Source: an uncultured Actinomycetota bacterium
GTDB taxonomy: Bacteria > Actinomycetota > Actinomycetes > Propionibacteriales > Propionibacteriaceae
Reading direction: 5' to 3'
DNA: 24,000 bases
Assembly (NCBI GenBank): GCA_963740515.1
Contig: CAVUEO010000039.1
Coordinates: 173,344 to 197,343, forward strand
Below, one piece after another: positions 1 through 7,214 of this stretch (position 1 is the stretch's first letter; each line of letters begins with the position of its first letter). The position numbers and the translations under genes are program-made. The notes beneath the pieces are model-generated. The model was not told the origin of the DNA. It did no database searches and worked only from the letters and a program-made list of their open reading frames with translations.

Positions 1-547
1 AGTTGATCTCGGCGATATCCCGCTGCGCGTCGTCGGCGTCGCGGTGCTCGACAATGCCGGCGACCATGCCGTCCGCGTCGCGCAGAATCCGCCCGTATCC
101 GGTCGGGTCGGGGACCTGTGCAGTCAACACAGTCGCGGCGGCCCGGCTGGTCCGATGCTCTCCAAGCAACGCGGTAAGAGTGTCGCCGCTGAGCATTGGC
201 ACATCGCCCATGGTGACGATCACGTCGCCAGTGAGATCGGCAAGCTGGTCGAGAGCGACTTGCACGGCATGGCCGGTCCCGAGCTGTTTTTCCTGGACAG
301 CTGTCAGCGCATGGGGAGCGATCTCGGCGAGATGTGCCGCCACTTGATCGCGAAGATGGCCGATCACCACGATGATGTGCTGCGGCTGCAGTGTCGTCGC
401 GGCCGTCACCGCGTAACTGAGCATGGAATGTCCGGCGACTTCGTGCAGCAGCTTCGAACGCGAGGACTTCATCCGCTTTCCCTCGCCTGCTGCCAGGATG
501 ACGACAGCCGCGACCGGGCTGGGACCTTGGTCGGAGTGAACGGACAA
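1..547 (-). CDS. glmU: GlmU (bifunctional UDP-N-acetylglucosamine pyrophosphorylase / GlcN-1-P N-acetyltransferase), N-terminal part; the gene runs off the left edge
   Basis: Absent from the ORF track because it is open at the window edge. My translation of the minus strand from TTG at 547 gives SVHSDQGPSPVAAVVILAAGEGKRMKSSRSKLLHEVAGHSML...QLGTGHAVQ...GYGRILRD. It carries the LAAGxGxRM nucleotide-binding motif and overall GlmU N-domain pattern. AAGGAG lies at 555-560, 7 nt upstream of the TTG. Confidence 0.85.
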   Translation of the reverse strand, partial: MSVHSDQGPSPVAAVVILAAGEGKRMKSSRSKLLHEVAGHSMLSYAVTAATTLQPQHIIVVIGHLRDQVAAHLAEIAPHALTAVQEKQLGTGHAVQVALDQLADLTGDVIVTMGDVPMLSGDTLTALLGEHRTSRAAATVLTAQVPDPTGYGRILRDADGMVAGIVEHRDADDAQRDIAEIN

Positions 548-579
548 CAGCTGGCTCCTTACTAGCTGAGTGACGCTCC

Positions 580-626
580 GCTCCCCGGGTAGGAGTCGCA
601 CCTACGTCGCTAGTCCTGATTCAAAG
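580..626 (-). repeat. Orphan copy of the 3' half of tRNA-Gln (att-like direct repeat, left copy)
   Basis: 46/47 identical to 7214-7260; the only difference is 599 C vs 7233 A, which changes the T-loop GGTTCGA to GGTGCGA. The sequence 5' of it on the minus strand cannot form the anticodon stem or a normal D arm, although a TCCCCGG-complement heptamer occurs at 644-650. Confidence 0.8.
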
Positions 627-1028
627 ACGAGCCCGACCCTTGTCCGGGGAGTGCTCTGAGAGTGTTTCATGCCTTGACGTGTCGTGTGGTGTCGGTTTGT
701 GGCACGCCATCTGTGACACGCGCGGCGACATGCGCTGTGCTACGCGCTGGTGATCTTGGCCGTCGTGTTGGCTCTCACTTGACCGCGCCTCAGACGGCCT
801 TGGCCGCATCACGGCGACCTCCGGTATTTGATGCGGGCCAGCTTGGTTGCGGCTGCGGCGAATAGCTTCACGACGCCGCTCGCAAAAGCTCAGGGAACGC
901 CCACGGGTCAGACGCGGTCGGTGCTGGTGGCCAGCGGGCGTCGGTCAGGGTTCGGGGGGTTGTTTCGCCGCGAGCGGCTCACAGCCATGACTTGCTGGTC
1001 TCCTCTGATGCCGATGACAACCCGTGGG

Positions 1029-2192
1029 CTAGCGCTCCGTGGCGCCCGCATCGGGACGGTCATCGCCGAGCAGCAGGTGCACAGTCTCCTCGGTGACGCC
1101 GTCGAGTGAGTGCTCCCAGGTGCGCTCGTGCCAGTGGTAGATCGCGCTGCCCTCGCCGGGACGGTACTCGGCGGTGTAGAGCGTGCCGAAGCCTTCGTGG
1201 AATTTCGTCGCGTACATGGGCTCGCGCAGCATCGCGGCGACGACCGTGGCGGTGTCGGCCCCCCCGCCGAGTAGCGCCTCAAGGCGATCGGACCGCTCCA
1301 CGCTGCGGATCGCGGCGACGTACGGCTTCCACTCGACCTCTCCCTGGTGGTTGGTGGTGACGGCCCGGTCAGTGACCCGGGCGGGCCGGTCCGGGGCGAC
1401 ATATACCGTGGCGTGGCGTCCCTCGGCGTCCAACACGGTGACGTTGTAGCTCATGTGCACGGGGATGCGCGTCAAGGCGTCCACCGCGGCGTCGATCGTG
1501 TCGCTGGCCTGCAGCACGTAGCGCAGCACGATCGGTATGCCGAACCCCGTTCCGACGTTCGGACGCCCGCCGAACGTGAGCGACACGGCGATGCCTGCGT
1601 CGTTGACGCCGTCGAGCAGGCCCCACAGGCAGTCGCCCATGCCGAGCACGCGCCGGCCCTCGTACGCCGTACGCATCACCACGCCGTCGTAGAGCCGGTA
1701 GTCCCAGTCGTAGTTGCGTACGAGTGCGGGGCTCCCGCCCGGGACGACGGCCTGCGAGCAGCCCGTGAGAAAGGCCGGCGGGTTCCACAGCGCCAGGACC
1801 GCGCCGGCATGCTCGTCGTCCACCATCTCCGTCAGCCGCCGCCACGTCGGTACCAACTCGGGCATGTGCTCGGCGAGCCGCTCGCCCGCCTCCCCGCTTG
1901 GGGTCCGGGCGTCGCCGCCCTCGCGGAGCCACCACTCGCGCAGCACCGGGTAAGACAGTTCGATCTGCTCGGCGTGCTTGTCGCCGGGCTCGTCCTCGGC
2001 CCAGGCGGCAAGCGTCAGTTCGATGGGCCCCGGGGCGGGCTGCTCCGGTCGCCTCGGCGCCCGCGGCGTGAGGGCGGCCCAGTCGATGCCGGAGAGTTCC
2101 TTCAGCCAAGAGCGCCAGTCGGACCAGTCGATGCGTTCGCCCAGCCGGCTCCAGTCGATGCTCTTACCGCTGCCGCCGTCGCTCGTCGCCAC
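1029..2192 (-). CDS. C45-family (acyl-CoA:6-aminopenicillanic-acid acyltransferase-like) autoproteolytic hydrolase/acyltransferase
   Basis: 387-aa intact ORF. Candidate Gly-Cys self-cleavage/nucleophile site FLTGCSQAVV (Cys at about residue 145), then NYDW...GMGDCLWGLLDGVNDAGIAVSLTFGG, typical of the Ntn-hydrolase C45 fold. The N-terminal pro-region is extended by three IDW repeats. Confidence 0.7.
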   Translation of the reverse strand: MATSDGGSGKSIDWSRLGERIDWSDWRSWLKELSGIDWAALTPRAPRRPEQPAPGPIELTLAAWAEDEPGDKHAEQIELSYPVLREWWLREGGDARTPSGEAGERLAEHMPELVPTWRRLTEMVDDEHAGAVLALWNPPAFLTGCSQAVVPGGSPALVRNYDWDYRLYDGVVMRTAYEGRRVLGMGDCLWGLLDGVNDAGIAVSLTFGGRPNVGTGFGIPIVLRYVLQASDTIDAAVDALTRIPVHMSYNVTVLDAEGRHATVYVAPDRPARVTDRAVTTNHQGEVEWKPYVAAIRSVERSDRLEALLGGGADTATVVAAMLREPMYATKFHEGFGTLYTAEYRPGEGSAIYHWHERTWEHSLDGVTEETVHLLLGDDRPDAGATER

Positions 2193-2326
2193 CGCACCTT
2201 TCTACCTCACGCCGGTCCGGCTGAGTACGACCACTAGATCCGGGGGCCGAGGCTTCTAGCTTGTCTGCGGTTCTCGCGTGGTCATCCAGAGGTCCACTCG
2301 TTACCGCTGTGCGGTGGACGTTAAGC

Positions 2327-2997
2327 GTGAGCCGCCTTGGTAAGCAGTCAGTCGTCAGCCAGTTCGTTGATCATCTGCGGTTGGACCCTGCGGCAGATCG
2401 GTGCCGAGCTGGGCGTTCCCTGGACCGCCGTGAGCCATCAACTTCGCCGCACCGGCGTCACTATGCGTCGTGGTGGTCCCCCGCACATCCTGCGTCCACA
2501 CAGAAGATCCTTGAGCTCCGTGATTAGGGCTTGACCTGGCCAGAGATAGCAGAGCAGGTCGGTATGACGGTTTCCGGCGCGTGGTGCCGGTACCGGAGAG
2601 CCCGGCCGTCAAGGTCCCACGCTTGGGCCGTTGGCAGCAGGTTCTCGCCGATGCACTTGATCAGAACCTCGCAATTGGCGTCCGAGCGGCGGTTGCTGAT
2701 CATCTCGGTCGAACCCCCACCCGAGCTGAGCTGAATGCTGCACGACGAGCCGCCCACAGTCTCACCAACATCGGTCTGGCCCGCGTGTTCTCTGTGCCGG
2801 GTGCGGATGCGGACGCTAATGCAGGTGATCGCAGCTATCTGGTGCTGACGAAGCCAAATGTGATCATGAACGACATCCGGCTCCGCGGGCTTGAGGTTGC
2901 GGAAGTGAAGCTGCCGGTCAAGAGTCCCACAACCACGCCCAGACCGCTCGAAACCTTAAACGCTCGCTTCGGAATGCGGCCGCTGGTGCCCGGCTAA
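2327..2997 (+). pseudogene. Helix-turn-helix repeat protein, disrupted (3 frameshifts plus 1 in-frame TAG)
   Basis: The reading jumps between track ORFs 2261..2527, 2337..2534, 2531..2734 and 2581..2997. Joined sense: ..SVVSQFVDHL/GWTLRQIGAELGVPWTAVSHQLRRTGVTMRRGGPP/AHPASTQKILELRD*GLTWPEIAEQVGMTVSGAWCRYRRARP/VKVPRLGRWQQVLADALD... This gives two tandem HTH modules. The start at GTG 2327 is a guess. Confidence 0.7.
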
Positions 2998-3141
2998 TCC
3001 AGGTTGAGGGTTTGGACAGCAAGTCGGCTGCCGATGTCGCAGCCTCGCTCGCAGATGCCCTGGAAGAGCTTCACAGGCTCCAGCGCAGCCTCGATCGACG
3101 TATCCGACGCAATCCAGGGACACCGAGAGACCCTGGCTCAC

Positions 3142-4151
3142 TCAGCCGACCGCCACGAGATGATCGGCTAGGCCGGGATAGTTGGCATTCTCGGCCAAGA
3201 CCTTCTGAAAATCCTTCCGGGCTATGGCTCGTTTACCCTCGGCAAGGTAGCACTGGCCTCGCTCGACGAGCGCCAGGTGACGAAGAGTAGCGGGTCGGGA
3301 GCGTGCTGCTAGCGCCTTCTTCAAGGATTCGCGAGCGGCATCGAACATTCTCAGCTCGCGGAAGGCGACACCTCGTTGAATCAACAGGTACGTCAGCAGC
3401 TCATCATCATTTTCTAGCGCGTTTGTCAGGTCGACGATGTCGCTCCACCGGTGCTGTGATGCGTACAACTCTGCGAGCGAGACTGCGGTCGGGGCTGGAG
3501 GGAGTCAAGGATTCGACACAATCTATGGCCTGCGCAACATCCCCGGTCGTTTGGCGAAGCTCGGCCAGCAGCAGCCCCAGCGCGTCACGGTCCGCCGGAA
3601 GCGCCGCGGTGATCTCCGCTGTCAGGCCGAGCACGATTGTGAGGTCAGGCATGTACCGGTTCAGGAATGGGTCGCGGGCCGGGTCGTAGCCCGGAGGACC
3701 ACAACCACTCAACTCTCCGCCGCGCCGCAGAGAGATCCCCGCTGGGTAGGAGATGCATCACGGTCTCAAGAAAGGCCACAACGTGATGCGAGCGCGGATC
3801 AACCTTGGCGACATCACCGATATCGGGCGGACTCGGCCGTCGAATGGTTACGGTCCAGAGCTGCTTCTCCCACTTGGGCGCAAACAAGCCCGGCATCGGC
3901 GAGTCCGGCTCCGACGGTCGGCTCGAGCTACTCGGCACCGTCGAACCGCCAGGTGGGCGCGCGGAGCGCCTGAGCGTTTCCGTATGCGAGATGCCCGATC
4001 CGGGAAGGCTGAGTGTCTGTGTCACTCGCCCGCTGGAATGAAGTGAGAGCTTTGCTCCCCGGGGACCGGCGCTGACCCCGATGCCCCTCGGGGTCACCGT
4101 CATCCTGACCCCCGGAGCCAACTTGAAGCTCTTCCTGACCCTGAAACCCAC
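3142..4151 (-). pseudogene. DUF4236-domain / TPR-repeat protein, split over three frames
   Basis: Track ORFs 3645..4151 (MGFRVRKSFKLAPGVRMTVTPRGIGVSAGPRGAKLSL, the DUF4236 signature), 3407..3712 and 3142..3468 (TPR-like LTYLLIQRGVAFRELRMFDAARESLKKAL...GKRAIARKDFQKVLAENANYPGL) read as one continuous protein if single-nt indels near 3690 and 3485 are corrected. A strong RBS, GGGGAGGAG, lies 8 nt upstream of GTG 4151. Confidence 0.7.
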
Positions 4152-4246
4152 CGTTACAGCTCCTCCCCTACGTTTGCCGCGGCCAATGACGGACCAAGAT
4201 GTGCATCCTGATCACGACTCGCATCCGACTCCGTCACCGTCTCGGT

Positions 4247-5326
4247 CTAGGCCGTAGGGGTCGGAACCCGTGACCTGATGGGTCCGTCGACGTACTTGGG
4301 TCCGTTGCCTGAGCCACCAGCACAGTCATAGTCCGATGCGGGGGGAAGGCACGGAGAGTAGCCAGGGGTGCAATTGCTAGTCCCGCCTGTGTCGGAGCTA
4401 GGTTGCACGTTCGAGATCACGATGCGGACGACTGAATTCGGTTTTGCCGGTGTTTCCCCGGCGGGTGATTGACTGAGTACAACCCCATCCCGACCGCTGG
4501 TCCTGGTCTGGGTTGTCTTCTTGACCGTGAAGCCAGCATCCTTGAGCTCCTTGATTGCCGAAGCTTCCGACTTGCCAACTACCGAGGGCACCTGTGGGAG
4601 CGGTGCGGCGACAACGAGAGCCACGCTGGAACCGGGCTCTAACTTTGTGCCCTTATCGACACCTTGCTTTAGAACGGTGTCCTTCGTCTTGCTGGACGGT
4701 TGGCGATCGATGTCACCTACCTCAAGGCCGGCGGCGCTCAACTTTTGCTTCGCTTCGGTCAGACTAAGACCCACTACCGAGGGCACCTGTGGGAGCGGCG
4801 CTGCGACAACGAGAGCCACGCTGGAACCAGGCTCCAACTTTGTGCCCTTATCGACACCTTGCTTTAGAACGGTGTCCTTCGTCTTGCTGGACGGTTGGCG
4901 ATCGATGTCACCTACCTCAAGGCCGGCGGCGCCCAACTTTTGCTTCGCTTCGGTCAGGCTAAGACCCTCAACAGCCGGGACCCGAGCCAGTTTCGGGGTC
5001 GGTGTCGGCGGCGCGGATGTTGGCTGCCCAGTTGGACTGCTGGTAGCAGTAGGCGAAGCGTCCGGGGGCGGCGGAGCGGTCGCATTCGGTGCCTGGTCGT
5101 TCGCTCCGCTGGCGACGGACCCGATCAGCAGCAGCGCCGCCAGCCCGCCGCCAACGCTGGTCAGCAGCTTGTGCCGCCCAAACCACGAGCCGTCCTTCTT
5201 GTCGGGTAGCCAGAACTGCCAGCCATTCGGTGGCGGTGGCCAGTTCGCGGGCGCTTTCCACCCTGCCGGCGGTGTCCATCCTGGCGGTGGTGTCGGCCAG
5301 TTGGGCGGTGGGTTGTACGTCGGCAT
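4247..5326 (-). CDS. Membrane-anchored protein with three PASTA-like domains; C-terminus frameshifted
   Basis: 359-aa ORF. Pro/Trp-rich N-terminus (PPxGW repeats), one TM helix (LLTSVGGGLAALLLIGSVA), a Pro/Thr/Ser linker, and three ~65-aa PASTA-like modules, two of them near-identical. Cys-rich tail CTPGYSPCLPPASDYDCAGGSGNGPKYVDGP. The ancestral stop is probably at 4212-4214. Confidence 0.75.
   Translation of the reverse strand: MPTYNPPPNWPTPPPGWTPPAGWKAPANWPPPPNGWQFWLPDKKDGSWFGRHKLLTSVGGGLAALLLIGSVASGANDQAPNATAPPPPDASPTATSSPTGQPTSAPPTPTPKLARVPAVEGLSLTEAKQKLGAAGLEVGDIDRQPSSKTKDTVLKQGVDKGTKLEPGSSVALVVAAPLPQVPSVVGLSLTEAKQKLSAAGLEVGDIDRQPSSKTKDTVLKQGVDKGTKLEPGSSVALVVAAPLPQVPSVVGKSEASAIKELKDAGFTVKKTTQTRTSGRDGVVLSQSPAGETPAKPNSVVRIVISNVQPSSDTGGTSNCTPGYSPCLPPASDYDCAGGSGNGPKYVDGPIRSRVPTPTA
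4578..4967 (-). repeat. Tandem duplication, 2 x 195 nt (one PASTA module each), about 97% identical
   Basis: Unit 1 is 4578-4772 and unit 2 is 4773-4967. I count 6 substitutions and no indels. The duplication is in frame (65 aa per unit). Confidence 0.95.
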
Positions 5327-5534
5327 TTCTTGCCCTTCTAGCTTTGCTGGCTCTGGAGTGGCCGGAGAGTTTTGGTGCAGTCCATCTGGTTGGTCATTGC
5401 TTCATTGCGTGGCGGTGTTTGATGCCCGCCATCAGATAGATCTGACCACTGCTGGGGACTCTATCAGAGCTCTATCGGGCTTCCAAATCGTCTCTGTGGG
5501 GCAAGACAGCACCATAGTGCTAGGCTTCTGTCTT

Positions 5535-5783
5535 ATGGCGCGCCCCTATGGAGACCCAGTGGAGATTGTTACTGCACCCATCCCCGCGCAGTCCCCGTTC
5601 ATCCCCGCTGACGCGAAGATCGTCGTGGGGGCGGTCGCTCCGGCGTCCCCAGACCCGATCCCGATCGTGCTGCTACCGGGCTTCGAGTACCGGATGCTGG
5701 AGTGGCGGCACCCGACCACCCACGAAATCCACTGGCGGCTCGAGCGGAGAAAGTCCGCCCAATACGGCAACGACGACGAATAA
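5535..5783 (+). CDS. Hypothetical small protein (82 aa)
   Basis: This is the 3' part of track ORF 4521..5783, downstream of the PASTA antisense shadow, starting at ATG 5535 (MARPYGDPVEIVTAP...LLPGFEYRMLEWRHPTTHEIHWRLERRKSAQYGNDDE). Third-position GC is fairly high. It is divergent from the PASTA gene. No family recognised. Confidence 0.35.
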   Translation: MARPYGDPVEIVTAPIPAQSPFIPADAKIVVGAVAPASPDPIPIVLLPGFEYRMLEWRHPTTHEIHWRLERRKSAQYGNDDE

Positions 5784-6385
5784 CCTCACCGACGCCAATC
5801 CGGGGGACTTTGACCGGTGCACGCCGGGCCCGGCACCCGAGTGCTCCTGGATCATCTTTGGTCTGCTACGACTCATCAGCCGGCTCGTCGGGTGCAGCGC
5901 GGCACCCTGAAACTCGCGTACGCGCACGGGAGTACGAGTCTCTGTGCCGCCCCGTTCAGACCGTGCCCAGGGGCAGCAAATTCGCTGGTGGCAGCGCGGG
6001 ATTCAGTGGCAGTGTCGGGCGCGGCCCGTGAACTGGCTTCTGCTGCGCCGTGGGCGCAGGCAGCGTTCCGAAGCGCCAAGCAGCACGGGTCCCAACCGGG
6101 TGCCCTTCGGGCTCAAGATGACACGGTTCCTGTTCGGGTACTGGCCAGCCGGTGAGCCGGACCCCTGGCACACGGCCGACTTCCTACCCGCACTCTTTGG
6201 GTACACGGAGCTTTACGAGGTCTCGACTGGTCGCATGCCCCCGCGCAGAGTGGACGAGCAACAGGCACCTTGACCGCCACCCACGCTTTCCAAGTCCACG
6301 ACTGTCGGCGTTTCCTGCCCGGCGAGTCCGGAGGAACGGCACCGGGCCGCTCCGGCGCAACACAGCGGGGCTGGTCTCCCCTAGG

Positions 6386-6562
6386 TCAGTCGAACCTGTC
6401 GAACCACGATTCGCTCACCTGCGGCGACAGGCGGACACCTAGTTCCTGCTCAAGGGCGGACTCCGATAGCCGCTCCCCGTCGATCAGGTCAACCGTGGGA
6501 GTGGACGCGATCGCGCTGGGACTGCCGCTATCCGCCCACCCGTCACTGTGCTGGGATGGCAC
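6386..6562 (-). CDS. Hypothetical small protein (58 aa)
   Basis: Below the track length cutoff. GTG at 6562 overlaps the end of the SnoaL-like gene. Translation: VPSQHSDGWADSGSPSAIASTPTVDLIDGERLSESALEQELGVRLSPQVSESWFDRFD. Third-position GC is about 80% by my count. No family recognised. Confidence 0.25.
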   Translation of the reverse strand: MPSQHSDGWADSGSPSAIASTPTVDLIDGERLSESALEQELGVRLSPQVSESWFDRFD

Positions 6563-6992
6563 CGATCTGCTGAAGAATCGGCAGTTGATTCAGCTCGATC
6601 CACCACTCGGCGATCCTGTTGTCCAGCGACCCGAAGCATGAGCATCTCCGAGTACTCCACGTGCCGAGGACCGAGAAAGTCCCCGCGATGCGTTCGTGCG
6701 CATGCACTCGCGCGACAGCCTTCTCGCCTTCCACGACTATGTCGTCGATCGTGTACTGCAGATCCGGGTAAACGCTCCGAAGCCAGGTGAAGAAGCGCTC
6801 GGCGTCCTCGGGCCCTTGCGCAGCCTGATCCTGAGAGTCATCGGGGTCTACTCGAAAGGTGGGAGCGAACAGGTGATCCAAGATCGCGAAATTCCACTGA
6901 TTGATCACCTCATCGAACAGCCGGTGGATAAGGTCCCTGCTGGCTCTCTGCTGACATCTCGGTTGGCTCCACTGGGAGACGGCGATACTCAA
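6543..6992 (-). pseudogene. SnoaL-like (predicted ester cyclase family) protein with internal compensating frameshifts
   Basis: Track ORF 6543..7145 contains DLIHRLFDEVINQWNFAILDHLFAP...FFTWLRSVYPDLQYTIDDIVVEGEKAVARV and ...DNRIAEWWIELNQLPILQQIGAIP. The family hallmark THRGDFLG..RHVEYSEMLMLRV is encoded in a different frame across about 6633-6700. A natural ATG (MSAESQQ, 6957) is also out of frame. The in-frame alternative start is TTG 6992. Confidence 0.5.
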
Positions 6993-7214
6993 TCTTGTGG
7001 TGAATCTGTCCCGGAATGCTCCCACGGCTGCACAGGTCCGCAGGGCTATCACAAACCGCACCACAACAACCGGGATGGGCGCTGCGCGGAGAGCGCAGCG
7101 CCCGACCGACCGCGAAGCGGTGCAAACTGTGACACGTTGTGACAAAAGCGAGAGCCCCGCCGATTCCTCAGCGGGGCTCTTTAGGCCTCTGACTTGGGGT
7201 TTCGCTGCGATCAG

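Larger units (their letters stand above)
627..7213. mobile_element. Putative degraded tRNA-Gln-integrated genomic island (no integrase detected)
   Basis: Bracketed by the 47-nt direct repeat derived from the tRNA 3' end. Codon third-position GC looks lower than the flanks by eye. Multiple disrupted genes. No integrase, excisionase or transfer gene seen in any frame. Confidence 0.45.

Noticed and set aside
621-812. 63-aa minus-strand ORF with GGAGG 5 nt upstream of a GTG-ATG start, reading into the orphan tRNA fragment
   Set aside because: It has odd composition (His/Gln/Arg/Ser-rich, weak third-position GC bias), no recognisable family, and terminates inside the repeat. It is more likely chance, though it would be island-end DNA.
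908-988. 26-aa ORF (MAVSRSRRNNPPNPDRRPLATSTDRV) with AGGAG 11 nt upstream, just downstream of the C45 gene
   Set aside because: It is too short, the RBS spacing is long, and it has no known family. It cannot be supported from sequence alone.
1347-2237. 296-aa plus-strand ORF, together with 1369..2109 and other long ORFs overlapping the C45 gene
   Set aside because: This is an antisense or off-frame shadow typical of high-GC DNA. It is Arg/Pro/Gly/Ala-rich with low complexity and no motifs, while the minus-strand frame has clear C45 motifs.
4578-4967. Possibility that the two near-identical PASTA units are a DGR template/variable repeat pair
   Set aside because: There is no reverse transcriptase anywhere in the window. 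The 6 differences are not adenine-specific on either strand, and the units are directly adjacent within one ORF.
4521-5534. The N-terminal about 340 codons of the 420-aa plus-strand ORF 4521..5783
   Set aside because: It is antisense to the PASTA gene and mirrors its tandem repeat. Only the last 82 codons, beyond the PASTA gene, are kept as a weak hypothetical.
6118-6273. 51-aa plus-strand ORF MTRFLFGYWPAGEPDPWHTADFLPALFGYTELYEVSTGRMPPRRVDEQQAP
   Set aside because: It has moderate coding bias but no RBS and no recognised family. It is mentioned in the gene-poor-region finding rather than called as a feature.
5790-6540. Search for tyrosine or serine integrase remnants (e.g. HxLRHT, LGH..xxxT..Y motifs) in all six frames next to the intact tRNA side of the island
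   Set aside because: No such motifs were seen in any track ORF or in my own translations. The absence is recorded, but eye-scanning cannot exclude a heavily eroded remnant.
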